NCBI RefSeq assembly: GCF_003704095.1
Contig: NW_020844494.1
Location: 248,001 to 312,000 of the forward strand
DNA length: 64,000 bases
Source: Pocillopora damicornis
Lineage: Eukaryota
Direction of reading: 5' to 3'
A model generated the notes under the pieces. That model did no database searches. It saw only the letters and a program-made list of their open reading frames with translations, and was not told the origin of the DNA. Both the position numbers and the translations under genes were made by a program. Positions 30,801 through 43,500 of this stretch are shown in pieces; position 1 is the stretch's first letter; the number at the start of each line of letters is the position of its first letter.

Positions 30801-33254
30801 AATTTAAACCTTGAACTCACTTAGAGCTGTTTTACAAACGGAACTACAAAACTGCGTTAATTCATAATGGCGAATAAACAGAACTTATTTGTCAACCGGC
30901 ATCCAAGAATGTCATCAAAAATTCTCCGGCAAGGTAGAATATCGTGTTTTTCCTCAAACTCTGAAAATTCTCGCTCCGAGTGAAACCAGGAGCTTTAATG
31001 GAAAAAACTGTTACCAATAATGAAAAAAAGCTTCTCACAACGTTACTTCTCAAACGCTAAACTTATTCTATGCGGTCGCTCTCTCAGATGATAGATGAGA
31101 ATAATTTAATTTTTGGTTTTGGCGCACTAACTGACCGAAATTCCAAGATACTTTAAATGCCAATTCAAACTCGTATAGCGCTATGTTTTTTCACTCTAAA
31201 ATTTTGGCTTCTCGAGCACCTGGCGTTGTTTGGAGATGTCGCGAAAATAAAAAATGAAATTTACACAAAAAAAAATCATATGTCCAACTGACCTTAGGAC
31301 TGTTGATAATTAAGATGGTTGTCTTGACTGTGTGCAGACTCAAAAAGAAACAGACCGCAGAATACTCTCTCCAGATAAGACTAACAGCACGATCCAGTTA
31401 TAAAAATAACACAAAGCGAATCGCAATGATAGGAAATGGAGCGATTAAACGCAAAGAAAAACCTTAAGCCAAGCTCTTACTCTACCAATCCGCTTTCAAT
31501 GGCTTCTTTGTCTTCCTTAAAGGAGAGTTTCACTTGAAGAGATGGCTTTCAGCAAACAAACGCCGATGTAAAGTCGATGCTGGCGATAGTCTCTTAGCTC
31601 GCGCGCGTTGCTGTCAAACTTAAACGAGTTCTGGTTTGTTTATAACCTGTCGCAAAATTATTGGTCGAGATGTCAGCGCGTAAGTGAGTTTCACTGGTGC
31701 AGTTCAAAACACCTGCTAGATGATATGAGACAAACACATGTATTGTATGTATTGAAAGATGCAAATTAAAGGAAAATTCTCAAATGATCTGTTTACTTGT
31801 TGACGCAAACAAAAAGTAGACTACAGACTATCGAGACTACTTGTGGTTCGTTCTTGTAGTGTTATAATAAACTGAATTCATGACTAATGGTGCAAGAGTA
31901 CTGTACTATATAAATAATAGTTGCTTTATTTTTGGCGGTCTCATGGCAAATCGATCGTGCGTAGTCTAAACAACCAATGCGTTATAAAAAAATTTTGAAG
32001 ATCTTGCACACTCAGTAATGTTCATGAAAAATAATTTTAAAAAAATAATGATAATAAATTTAAAATATGGATAAAAAATTGGAAGCCGGTTTTTTTATAT
32101 ATAGTTTTAAAATTTATTAAGGTGATTAACGTAAAACACAAGATTTCGCACGTTATGAGAAGACGCCTATTGAGTGCAGTTCTATCATGCAAATTAGAAG
32201 AGACAACGTTCTGAGTTTTATTTGCGAAACAATTGTTGATATAAAATAGACCTAGATGAAAAAATTTTGCCCTGGTCTTTTTCGTAACAAAGGGAGTGTG
32301 GCTGCTTAGCCTTAATCAAGCACTCTTGATTCAAGAGGACAAAACAAGTCTCAGACTATCGAACAGATTATGAGGAGGATAACGAACAAATACGCGGTCA
32401 CCTTGCCATGTGACTAAAGAGTCTCAATGGTGGGATTTTTTATTAGAAAAAGGCCTTGGACAAGTCACAGAGCTGACAGTTTAGCTGGAAAAAGCATCTT
32501 TAGTTCACCTTGAACAACAAAATACATTGCAGGTTATATCATGCCTAAGGGAGAAATATACTTCTGAAACTGCACAATTTTTATCTCCAAAAAAGACACT
32601 TGTACCCTGTTTTGAGATTATTAAGAGTAAGTGAACCTTTTCAACAGTCTCAAAATGTACCAAACCTTTTGACAATGGGCGTGCTCATTTTGGAAATGAC
32701 TCTGTTAGCTGGCCACACGCGAAGAAAATCATTCTGTTGATCACGAAATTTTAGCGCATAATTATTCAAACAGATCACCAACACCAACCATTTGTTGTGT
32801 TACAGGTCAGCGGCTAGGTGTGTCTGTAATCAAATCCACGCGCATTTGAAAGCAATTGTCCATAGGATAGTTAACTAGAGCGCTTTTCGATTAAGTATCC
32901 TAAAACCAAGAGACTATAATCTCTTAGTAAAATCAAAACCAGGTTATTACAATAACCACTCAGAAGACTATAGTTATTAATCAGCATAGGGTAGCTGCCT
33001 AAAGCGCAGGAAAACGCGAGTGCCCAAGTTGCGATTGGTTGAGATAGTGGTCGTTCTCAAGGATTTAATTCTTCAAATGACATTCAGTTCTTGACATGTT
33101 CCATTAAAAAAACTTTATCTTCATATACTTTCATCCAATCAGAGTGCTATGTGCATAGCATACTCGATTGCATAAGCTGCCTTTTCTCCTCATGTTGCTT
33201 CTTCCCCTTCGAGGCCAGCTGTGCCAGTAAGACTACTACAAAATCCTCAACAAG

Positions 33255-33822
33255 CTATGTTCTTAACTTCTTCAACTGTGGCTCTTGTATCGCTCCGTTT
33301 TGCTTCTCTGTGGTATCTAGATCTTCCAAGTCATCTTCGCTGTCATCCGGGTCATCGTCTTCAGTTGTTTCTGTATCACAAAACGGAAATTATGCGTTGG
33401 TATCATTAACACGATGTGTGAGAAAACTCCTTTACCCTTGTATTAACTGCAAGCTCGAGCAAAAAAAATCCCTAAGAGAGTTAGAGATAGTTGTAAATGG
33501 AGAAAGAGAGCTTCCTGCATCAACTGAAGGATTTTTATTTCCTCTCTCTGCAACTGGATGAACTCGAAGGTTTCGGTTTGAAGATGTTACTTAATCTAAA
33601 ATTTTACTCACGGTTTTTGGAGGCCTGGTTTGTTTCTGATGTCTTTTCCTGTTCAATGATTTCCGTTAAACAAGAGTTAACATCCTGTTGAAGTTTCTTT
33701 AAGGAGTGGACTAGAATTTCAAAATCTTCCTTTCTTCCTTGAGAGTGTTGAGATGAAAGAAGCACATGTCTAAATTCTAAAACTTCACCCGTTCCCTTCG
33801 TCAATGAACCTACGACCGCCAT
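33255..33822 (-). CDS. GON7: GON7-like KEOPS/EKC complex subunit (C14orf142-like), 2 exons, 108 aa
   Basis: Exons 33822-33612 and 33370-33255 join in phase 1. Predicted architecture is an N-terminal beta hairpin, amphipathic helix (FEILVHSLKKLQQDVNSCLTEII), acidic tail (EDDDPDDSEDD) and EPQLKKLRT end, as in human GON7. Confidence 0.65.
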
Positions 33823-33924
33823 TTTGGATGTAAGTAGAACCCAGACTACGTCCTAGAGACTGTTGTAACTTCAAGGAACGCCTGTCCTGAATTGTTCCAG
33901 TTTCACCAAGATGCAACTCAGTGA

Positions 33925-34260
33925 ATGGCCGCCTGCACGGAGAAAAAATCAACAGATGAAGAATTGAGAGTTGTTTTGTCGTGGTTTAGCTGTTGGACAG
34001 AACATCAAAAGTATGAGTTCATGGATATCCTCGCTAATAAAGTCACTCCTAACAAACTGTCTTCATTAAATGACGCTTTGGAGTCTCTTTCGTTAGCAAG
34101 CCCAGATGTTTTTCATTGCCAGCTTCGAATGTTTAACAAGTGGTTTTTGCAATGGACTGACCAGCAGAGGAACCTGTTTGTGAATGGTTTGGAGGAAATA
34201 GATTATCAATCTGTGCAATATTTTTATGAAAAAGTGTCTCAAACTGCACAACAGGAATAG
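33925..34260 (+). CDS. C14orf119: C14orf119 homologue (DUF4508), single exon, 111 aa
   Basis: ELRVVLSWFSCW...QK.EF and VFHCQLRMFNKWFLQWTDQQRN.F...LEEID match the DUF4508 pattern. Confidence 0.88.
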   Translation: MAACTEKKSTDEELRVVLSWFSCWTEHQKYEFMDILANKVTPNKLSSLNDALESLSLASPDVFHCQLRMFNKWFLQWTDQQRNLFVNGLEEIDYQSVQYFYEKVSQTAQQE

Positions 34261-35966
34261 GAAACGTTAGCTTTGTTACTCATTTTCCAAATCAAGTTTG
34301 AGAACTTACTCTGCATGAAAAGCTTACATGGAAAACGTTGGAGAATCTAAATTTTCTTTGGCATTTTGGGAGGTTACAATTTAAGACTCTAGTTCATTAC
34401 AGGAAAACTGAAGAATGTGTAAACTGTGTTGTAAATCATGGAAACAGAAGTCCATACTTAAGCATCAGTGACAAATTACCTCAGGTTTTTCTTTGAAATG
34501 CTACTAGAAGGTTGAAAACCTTCACCTGTATCTTTCATCAGTTTGTTTTCAGTGCTTTATTTGACAGTTAATATCTGGTGAAGACAAGGAAAATTTCTCC
34601 CTTGTGACTTCAAACAATGTTAAGAAAGGGCTAACCCTTTAATGCCTCAGCTGGATTAACATCTAATTTCTCCAAACAGTATCACCCTTGAATCTAACAT
34701 TAAGTTCATGAGAATAAAGGAAATGATGACAAACTCAAGAAGTTCTTGATTGTAAGACAAATTCTCCTCGTAAGTAGCATAGAAAATGTATAGAATAAAT
34801 TATGGAGAACTTTCCCTCTGATATAGTGTAAAAGTATAGTAACATGCAAAATTCACCTTTTAAGGTAACTCTTTATCCAAGTGCAACTGAATTTTTCTTT
34901 ATGTTATTTGTGAATGTTAAGATATCATTCCAATTATAAATATAACTTTGAAACTGATGTAAACTTAAGATAAAACCTGTAAGATGAAAACCACTAACAG
35001 TTTATGTGTTTTTACTCAATACACCAACTGACTGAACTGATTTTATTCCCAGTTCACCAAGTGATTAACTTGTTACTTCTCCTTACATTATTTCCATATT
35101 CTCCAGTAACATGTGGTGAGTATATAAGAACTAGTTAGCCAAGATATTTTTGTTGATGAAGTAACAAATTCTCTTCAGTATTTTTAGGGAAAAGTTGAGC
35201 GGCTAGAAGGGAGAGTTACTCAACATAACCTAGGAGTGGGTTTAAACCCAGGCCTCCCTAATGACTCGTTAGGTAGGATTTGGCACCATTACACAACCAT
35301 AGCAAATATACTAAGACCTGTGGCTGATTCAAGAGATGAATCCCTATTAATAAAAGGTTAATGTAATCTTCATCAATAAATACAACAGTAGAGAATGATT
35401 TCATGAGTCAAACAAAGTTCACTTCATTAGATTTCAAGTCAATATCATTTTGTGCAAAACAGAAATGTGAGTAAACAATTCCATTTTTTATTCAACTTGA
35501 TGTTTTTTCACAATAATTTGACAAGAGTCTCATTGATAAAACAATGTAAGCGCAAAAGAAAAGACTTATTTACATATTTTCTATACTTTTATCTTAAGAA
35601 CCTCCCCACAAATACTTCTCAGAAAGAATTTTTAATGTGCATTGACATGTTTTTTAACCATTTCTGATAGGAAAAGTAGAGAGTAACTCAGTACCTATCT
35701 TATTTCTGTCAAAAAAAATTTAGAAACACTCTTCTACAAGCCTCTTGCTCCATGGAAAAGTTCTTTAGATTAGTGCACATTATGCCTAATGTGCCTGAAA
35801 AAAAATGTTCTTTTTCTAAATGGCAACCAGTATTCTTGCTGAATATTCCAGCAAGTAAGAGAATAGATGGTATGGCCTAAACCTTTAGAAGAAGTCAACT
35901 TGTTTTAAATGACCAGAAAGTTTCCACTTTCTTTATTATAGCAGTGGTAAACTTGGAAACTCTACT

Positions 35967-37108
35967 CTATTCAGTTGTGAACTCATTAGATTGTTTTTCT
36001 TTTAATTTTGCTTCTTTCTTCTGCTGCTGATCTTTCCTTTTTTGTTGTCTTTCCTGTACTTCCTTTAGCCCCATAACTTTCCAAGCTGGATTGCTGGAAT
36101 TCATGTTTTCTTTAAGAACCATAAAAAACTGCTCATTTATTCTGTCTTGCGTTGCTAAAGCCTCAGGAGATGTTGCCTCATCTGGAAGTTTCTAGGAAAC
36201 AAAAGTTCATACAAAGAGGGCTAATGTAAGTAAGTAAGGTCAGGAATGGAAATATGTTGTATGTGCTAATCATTTGTGTGTGGACAGAACTGTTCCATAC
36301 AAAGGGACTTCTTTGGGAATAGATTTCTTTGACTTCTTCATCACCATTAGCCTGTGCTAGCCTTTCAGTCAGTGTTGATTTCAGAAAGAGAAGGGGGGAG
36401 TAAATTGACAGGATTCCTTACCCCTTGCACCAATATTTTCTTTTGGTTTTTCCCCTATTTTGCTCATACCCACAAATTGGGTGGCTGTCACAAGCAAATT
36501 CACTATCATGAATGACATCACGCAAATTGCAAAGGAGATCAGATGATTATTTCTATTAATTTCTGATCACTTTCAAGAGAATAGATAAACTAAGGGGAGT
36601 TGCTTTACATGTGGGCCCTAGGGTTAAGAGCTCTTTCTCTTCCTCATCCATCCCCCCCCCACTTACCCACTACGTTTATCATTATTACATACTTTTAACG
36701 TGGAATTCGACCGGCCTGCCGATGAGATAGCCAGTTACATAATAAAGCTTGTATAATCCACATTTCTTTGAAGGTGACCACTTTCAAAATCTCAGCCCTA
36801 CAGGATTTCCAAATGAGATTTCGTACGTTTTCCTTATCTTCAAAACAATTTCAAGGTGCTGCAAGATTTAAGTCTTAAATAGCGATGTCTTCTTGAAGAA
36901 CTTAGATAGGGAAAGCTTAAGAAACTTTCAGGTCAGTTGTGTATTCGGCCATCCAAACGCGACAAAATAATAGTAATCAAAGAACTACCTTGAGCATATC
37001 TTCTTTGGTTGGTACAATAACTTTCATTAACATCCAAGCCAAGCCAGTACCACCGACCATAATTCCCGAACTTAGCAAAAATCGGTATAAACTGTCACTA
37101 ATCGCCAT
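35967..37108 (-). CDS. UQCC3: Ubiquinol-cytochrome c reductase complex assembly factor 3 (UQCC3/Cbp4-like), 2 exons, 114 aa
   Basis: Exons 37108-36989 and 36191-35967 in phase 0. Gly-rich TM (GIMVGGTGLAWMLMKVIVP), then KEDMLKKLP...LKE...NPAWK, matching the UQCC3 layout. Confidence 0.75.
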
Positions 37109-37267
37109 ATTTATAATACCCGTAATTCGAAAAGATGAAGCTAAGTAACCAGGCGTACAGATAATGTTGATTTCGGAAAAGGATTGGGTACTATTTGCCA
37201 GTCTCGATGTCAAAGGGCCACTGACTAAGCACTTTAAAATCTTTAAGTTTATGAATAACTACCAGAA

Positions 37268-39759
37268 ATGGCGTTATCTGAAGAAGATATTAGTTCTTCC
37301 GTCACTGAACCAGACGAAAACACGAGGGGTTTCACTTTTCAGCAGACGATGATTCGGGTAAAAGATCCTAAAGTGTCGCTCGATTTCTACACACGTGTGA
37401 TGGGCATGAGGTCAGTTTGTACCAATTTTTCATGGAGCCCATCTCTGTCTGCCTTTTTTGTCTTAATTAGTCAAAGTAGCTTGTGCAATTTTTACGAATT
37501 AAGCTCAAAAGGTTTTGTTGTAACATTTCTCTGCAGCTATCTCTCCGTGGGTGTGGAAGAAGTGGAAGAGAAGAGGGCTCAGGGGCGGGGAAGGGGGGGT
37601 GGGGGTTTGGAGGTTTGTCCGCAATTTCGGGTGAAGTATGTGTGCTTCTTGAAAGTCCTATCAAATTTCAGACCAAAGATAAGTGAATGGTGACCAATTG
37701 TAGACCTTCATCCTTAAGGTTGTACAAATCTTGACCAAATTTCAGAATAAAAGGCTGCCCCACCCTTGGGAGAGCAGTGTAGAGATGTAACCTCCAGAAT
37801 AGAGAGGCAAGGCCCTGCAAACAACTCTGAACTTTTTTGGGGGGTCACCCTCCCCTTCTTTAGGCATCACTAATTGTGCTCTAAAGCACAATTAATAATA
37901 ATTATGCATTGGAAACAAGCCAGGGATAAATTCTTATTTCTCTAATTTCATTTAGGAAAGGTCTAAATTGGCTTTCATCTGGTAGATTTTGTGACTTTCA
38001 CTGCAGATGGGGGGTTAAATTTGTATCTCAGGGGATGGACTACCAGCTATTGTTGTTGTTTTTTTTAATTTATTGTCCCTATGATATAGGCTTTTACAGA
38101 AGTATCACTTCCCAGAAATGAAGTTTTCCTTGTATTTTCTTGGATTTGAAGAAGCATCAGCCATTCCAGAAGATGCCGATGAGAGGACCAAGTGGCTTTG
38201 TGCTCAAAAAGCAACTTTAGAATTAACACAGTGAGTAAAAACTGTAATATATTTGTGATTTGATAAGTGATAGTAAAAAAATTTTCCTTACGTTAAAGTG
38301 GTAAGGAAAAGTACCTTCAGACTGCAGATGTTAAATTGGATGTTCCCAAGTAAATGTGACAAGTTTTGATGTTTGATTACAATGACAATATACTGCATAT
38401 TTTCCTGTATGTTTTGTCATCGGTAATTTACAAGGCTCTTCTAAATTTAACTGAACCCCCTAGAGAGATTTTGAAACTCTTTTTTGTGTCAACAGTAACT
38501 GGGGAACAGAGAATGACCCTGATTTGAAATACCATAATGGAAACTCTGAACCAAAAGGATTTGGTGAGCATCCTTTCTTTTAAATTCTGTAGAAGATAAA
38601 AGCAATTTTGAGAGAAAGTCTTGCACATGATCTATACAGCCCACATTCTTAGAGCTTTTCCTATTTTTGAAAGCATGTTTTGATCAGGAGTAATAATTAT
38701 TTTCAAGTTGTCATTCAGGATTTCCAATTTCTTTGACAATTTGCTAGCACCCATTTAGACTCTAACATGAAGAGAGACACTGAGTGTCTTGCCAAAGAAC
38801 ACCACTAAAAGACATGCCCAGGCCTTGAACCCAAGCTTGGCAAACCAGATATCAATGCACTAATCAGAGAAATCAAAGGCCAATACATCTTTGAGCCATT
38901 AATCCAATGACTTAATGTTACAAGATGTCAATGCCCTAATCAATGTGTCTTACTCCTATTAATCAAATGACTTAATTTTACACTGTCACATTTATGTTGA
39001 CCATAGAGGTAACCTTGAATTCTAAATTATCCCTCAATTTTCTTCTCATCCAGTGGTCATAGAGTTAAACAAATAAGCTGCCTCCCCAATGTAAAGTAGA
39101 TCTTAGGAATGGACTCTGCTGAGTGTTGAAGGTTTAATCCACTCCAAAAATTAGCAGGTTGTAAAGCCTATATATACATAATGAGTTATTCTTTGTTCAT
39201 CTTTTTCCCTTGTTAGGTCACATTGGTTTCACTGTGCCTGATGTGGACAAGGCCTGTGAGCGTTTTGAAAAGCTTGGGGTGAAATTTGTCAAAAAACCTA
39301 ATGATGGTAAGCTTGTATGATGTTTGTTAAGTATGAAATATCTGCATTTTAGTTTGTAGACTGTTGATGTGTGGGAGGTAACAAGCTAAAGAATGGATAA
39401 TCAGCTGATGATAACCAACAAAAGCTGACAGTAACTAAGTGATCTCTGTACTATCATCCTTGCATGGAGGCTTTAAACAGTATCTTTTTTAAATGCTTTA
39501 AGAGAGGATTGTCTGATTGCTAAGGAAAGGTCTTCAGAGATTGAGAACTCATTTGAATTCATTCTAATACATTAATTTCTTTCCAATTGGGCTCAGTAGT
39601 CTCGATGATTTTGATTTATTTTAACACATTTACTTGCTCTTCTTTCTATCTGAAGGTAAAATGAAAGGAATTGCATTTGTTGAAGATCCTGATGGCTACT
39701 GGATTGAAATTCTCAATGGAGAAAATCTTCTCAGTGTCACCAAAGCTTTTGCTTCTTAG
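37268..39759 (+). CDS. GLO1: Lactoylglutathione lyase (glyoxalase I)
   Basis: Exons 37268-37410, 38090-38230, 38496-38563, 39217-39306, 39656-39759. Motifs [44 protein letters not shown]. Confidence 0.97.
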
Positions 39760-40512
39760 AAGCATTTCTGATGTTTTGAGATTCATCATTTGATCAGCAA
39801 CAAACTGTCTTTAGAAACTTTAGAACCAAAGTATTTTCATCTAAAAAATAACAATAATGATCACTAACTTTGAAACTGTACAGATCTATAATAATTAAAC
39901 TGCAAAATTCATGGTAAGACTGCTGAAAAAATGGGCTGTGTTGTCTCCTTTGTAATTGTAAGTGTTTCTTTGAGCTTCTTTGTTAAGTTGTGTATATCCA
40001 TAGCTTTTTCCTTAGTGGGAATAGACAATGTGTTCAATAAACACAGGAGATCGTGGTATTCTCTAACTCCCATGAAAATCCCATTGCTAAGTTTCAATGA
40101 CCTGAGCTGATGTTTATTCAGACCTGAAGAATATTATTTGTTACTTTACATCAATCTTTTTTTTAAGAAAACCAGCAATAGAGAAAACATAGAGTTTATT
40201 TGCATTTTTAGCCTCAACTGCTTTCAGTTATAATGACAGACTAATGATGTCAAAAAATAAATAAGGCTACTGACACTTCATTTAATTAGATCCTTACATT
40301 TAACTCTCACTAGTGCTCAATACCTAAATTCTCCTTACAATTTGATCAAATTTCAGTTAGAAAGACAAAGATAATATAGGAAATTTTTAACTCTGGGATG
40401 TTGCTTTGTTATTGATGCACAACAGATTCTCAGGATGGAGTGATGGAGGAATAAAATGTTAACAGTTGGGAGAATTTGGTTCCAGATATTGAGATTGAAG
40501 GTTTGGTAACCA

Positions 40513-43500
40513 TCATGATGTCTTGTGTGGAGAGATGGTCATGAAAGGAGTTGAAGCTTTGTTTGTAGCTGTCCTGTTGTCTGTTTTGGGTCTATCCAGT
40601 CCTCTTGTGACTGGTGGGGAGTTAGTCTTGTACAACTGTGGACTGCTGTAGGGCCTTGTTAGCAGAGAGCTGCTAGGAGAACCAGCCACAGATGGTAGAC
40701 TTGGAATGTTGACCTTTGTAGTACTTGACGGTCGTATCCAATCATCTTTGAATACTTGAATTGTTAAGTGTGTTACATGACTAGATAACTTGTTTGTTAC
40801 ATGAGCTAGCACCATCTGTAAAATAAAACAGAACAGAAAATATTTAAAAGTTTTAGAGCTGAGCAATTCAGACTGAAACACAAAGGTTCATGTGTTAATT
40901 AATTCCAAGGCCCAGGGTACCTCAGTTCAAGTAATTTAGTGTAAACAACTGAGTTGAAAACATAAATTAGCCACCGTAAAGGGTAAAAAAGCTGATGTGT
41001 TGAGCCCTTCGTCAGAGTGATTGTTGTTGAAGGGCTAACGCTCGAAATGTCAGCTTTTTTTACCCTTTACGGTGGCTAATTTATGTTTTCAACTCAGTTG
41101 TTAACACTAAATTACCTGCTATACTCTCCCATCGATGCAGCACCACAGTTTCTTTAGAAACTTGCCCCTTTACCTCAGTTCAAGATGACTTAAAATCTTG
41201 GTTCATCATCATCATCATCATTCTCAACAGTCTTTTAAGAACCAATAAATGAACTGACCCAAGTTTTTATTCCTAATTACCTATCCATTTAAATTTTGTA
41301 AAGTTTGAAATTTGCCACCGAGTTAATCTTCTCCATTCTTTCAACATCTTTATTCCATTTAGATTTGTTATTCCCATTCATGCGTTTTCTTCACTTTTGG
41401 CCCTGGTTGTTTGAAGGGTGGATAATGCTATACGTTGGATAAATCTCTATCCAGTGTATAGTGCTGTACCTTTAGTTAACACTTATTTACTGGATAGTGA
41501 TTTATCAGTTGGATAAGTTTATCTGCTCTTTGAACAACTGGGCTCTGTAATATAATTCTTTGGTCAGTCATGTTGAAGGAAAGGTTACTCTTCACACAAA
41601 AAAATTAAAAATACTCTGATCTTCCTCTTTTGCTATTTTCATGTCATTTGGAAAGAATACTTTAACATTTGTCCTTACCTGTTCACTAGCATCTCTTCTT
41701 ACTCTGACATGCAAGGAACCAGCCTATAAAAGGTTGACAGCAAAATAATAATCATCAACATAATTAAAAACCACAATCTGAAATCTTACTCAACACAAGA
41801 AAACTATTAACAATATTAACAATATCAATTACAACCCCAAATTTTCCAAATACACTGTAACAATTGCGAGACATAATGAAGGAAACATCCATATTAGCAA
41901 GGGGAATCATGTAGCAACATACATCAAATGTATGATCATTGTACAGGAATGAACTACATGCTGCCCTACGTTTGGTCTGTAAGTCAACAACTCAGATGTC
42001 TTCAGGTTAATGGTTCGGCGAACATGTTAACTTTCCAGTTAATCAAAATTTAACTTTCTGTATTGTTATGTCTCCTTAAAGGCCCACATTATGTCATTTG
42101 TTGCATCAGACTCTGTGAAAGAAACTGATTTTGAGGGCAATTATTGGAAGCTGACTGCATTTTCATATCACCATAGAAACCTGCTATTTTTTTCCAAGAA
42201 ATTTCAGTGAGAAAAAGGCATTATGGAGACAGTAAAGTGTTTGATGCATCTCACCATTCTTCCAAATGAAACTGTCCAGAAGTGCTCATTTCTAAATTCC
42301 AACACACCATCTAGGGTAGATGCCTGCAATAATAGGAAATAAAGCTTATTGATTCTTTCTCAGTAATTCATATACTTGATGTTTTCGGGAGAAAAGCACA
42401 ACAGTTATCTAAGAAGAATTCTGAGATCACTGACCAAGCCATTACCAGTGGGAAAATTTCATGCCACCAAATATGACAGGTTATGTGGCACATAGTATGT
42501 ATTAGAACCTAAACACACCCACACCCCAGATGAGGATGATGAGGATTTTTATTTTGATGAATGGCTACTACTTTTCTTGCAAAAATTAAATTGAAACCTT
42601 GTGAAGTAGACATGGTAATTTTTGTTTAACCTTTCTTACCTCACGCAGACACTTGTCTATCTGATTCATGATATCAATGGGGCAAGTCTGTGATAAATAA
42701 AAATAAGAAGAAATGAAAACTGGCTCATTGACTATTAATAATAATAAATGACAGTATTCGGGTTATAGACATTATCATATACAACTGCCATGAGACCCAA
42801 AGCCTACTACCTGTAGAAGAATCTGTCCACTGTATATGCTGAGTGGTAACATGGTTGCCCACATCATAAATGCTGTTACTATCGCACAAAAGCTGTCAGC
42901 AATGAAGGATTGACTGGTAAAGAAAAACAAAAAATTGTTGATGTGATTACTTGGTTAGTAACATTCAAGTGAATAACAAATCTCACATCTCATTTAGCAG
43001 AGTATTATAAAATGTACTGGTAATTAAAAATTATTTTTAAGATTTGACAAGACTTGTAGGTTGTCAACACAAAGAAGAGCTTTCAGGAAGTATGCATCAA
43101 CATTGCACACTTGGTTGTATAATAAAAAATAACAACTCTTTTGATGAATTGATGATTTCCAATATTTAAAATCATTCACTTTTAATTTTTAAATAGATGC
43201 AAAAAGAATATCAAGCACTCTTACTTGTAGTTGATTAAAAAATCAGTTGTTAAAACTAACGCTGCTCCTGCCACACCTAGCAGAGCTATAGGGTTGAATC
43301 GCTGCACAAGAACTTTGCCCAAGAATGGTGCAAACCCACAAATGCTGCAACATAACAATTCATAAACTCAGAGGTTTAACAAAGCCAGCTACATCCCTTT
43401 ACAATTTTAGGTCTTTGAAAAATAAAAATAGACAAACAGGCCCTATAATCACCTTCTTTCCCATTTCAAATTCAGTTAAATACAATGTCTTTTTCTCCAT

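Noticed and set aside
33091-33561. 156-aa Ser-rich plus-strand ORF
   Set aside because: Antisense shadow of the acidic GON7-like exon 2; TTG start.
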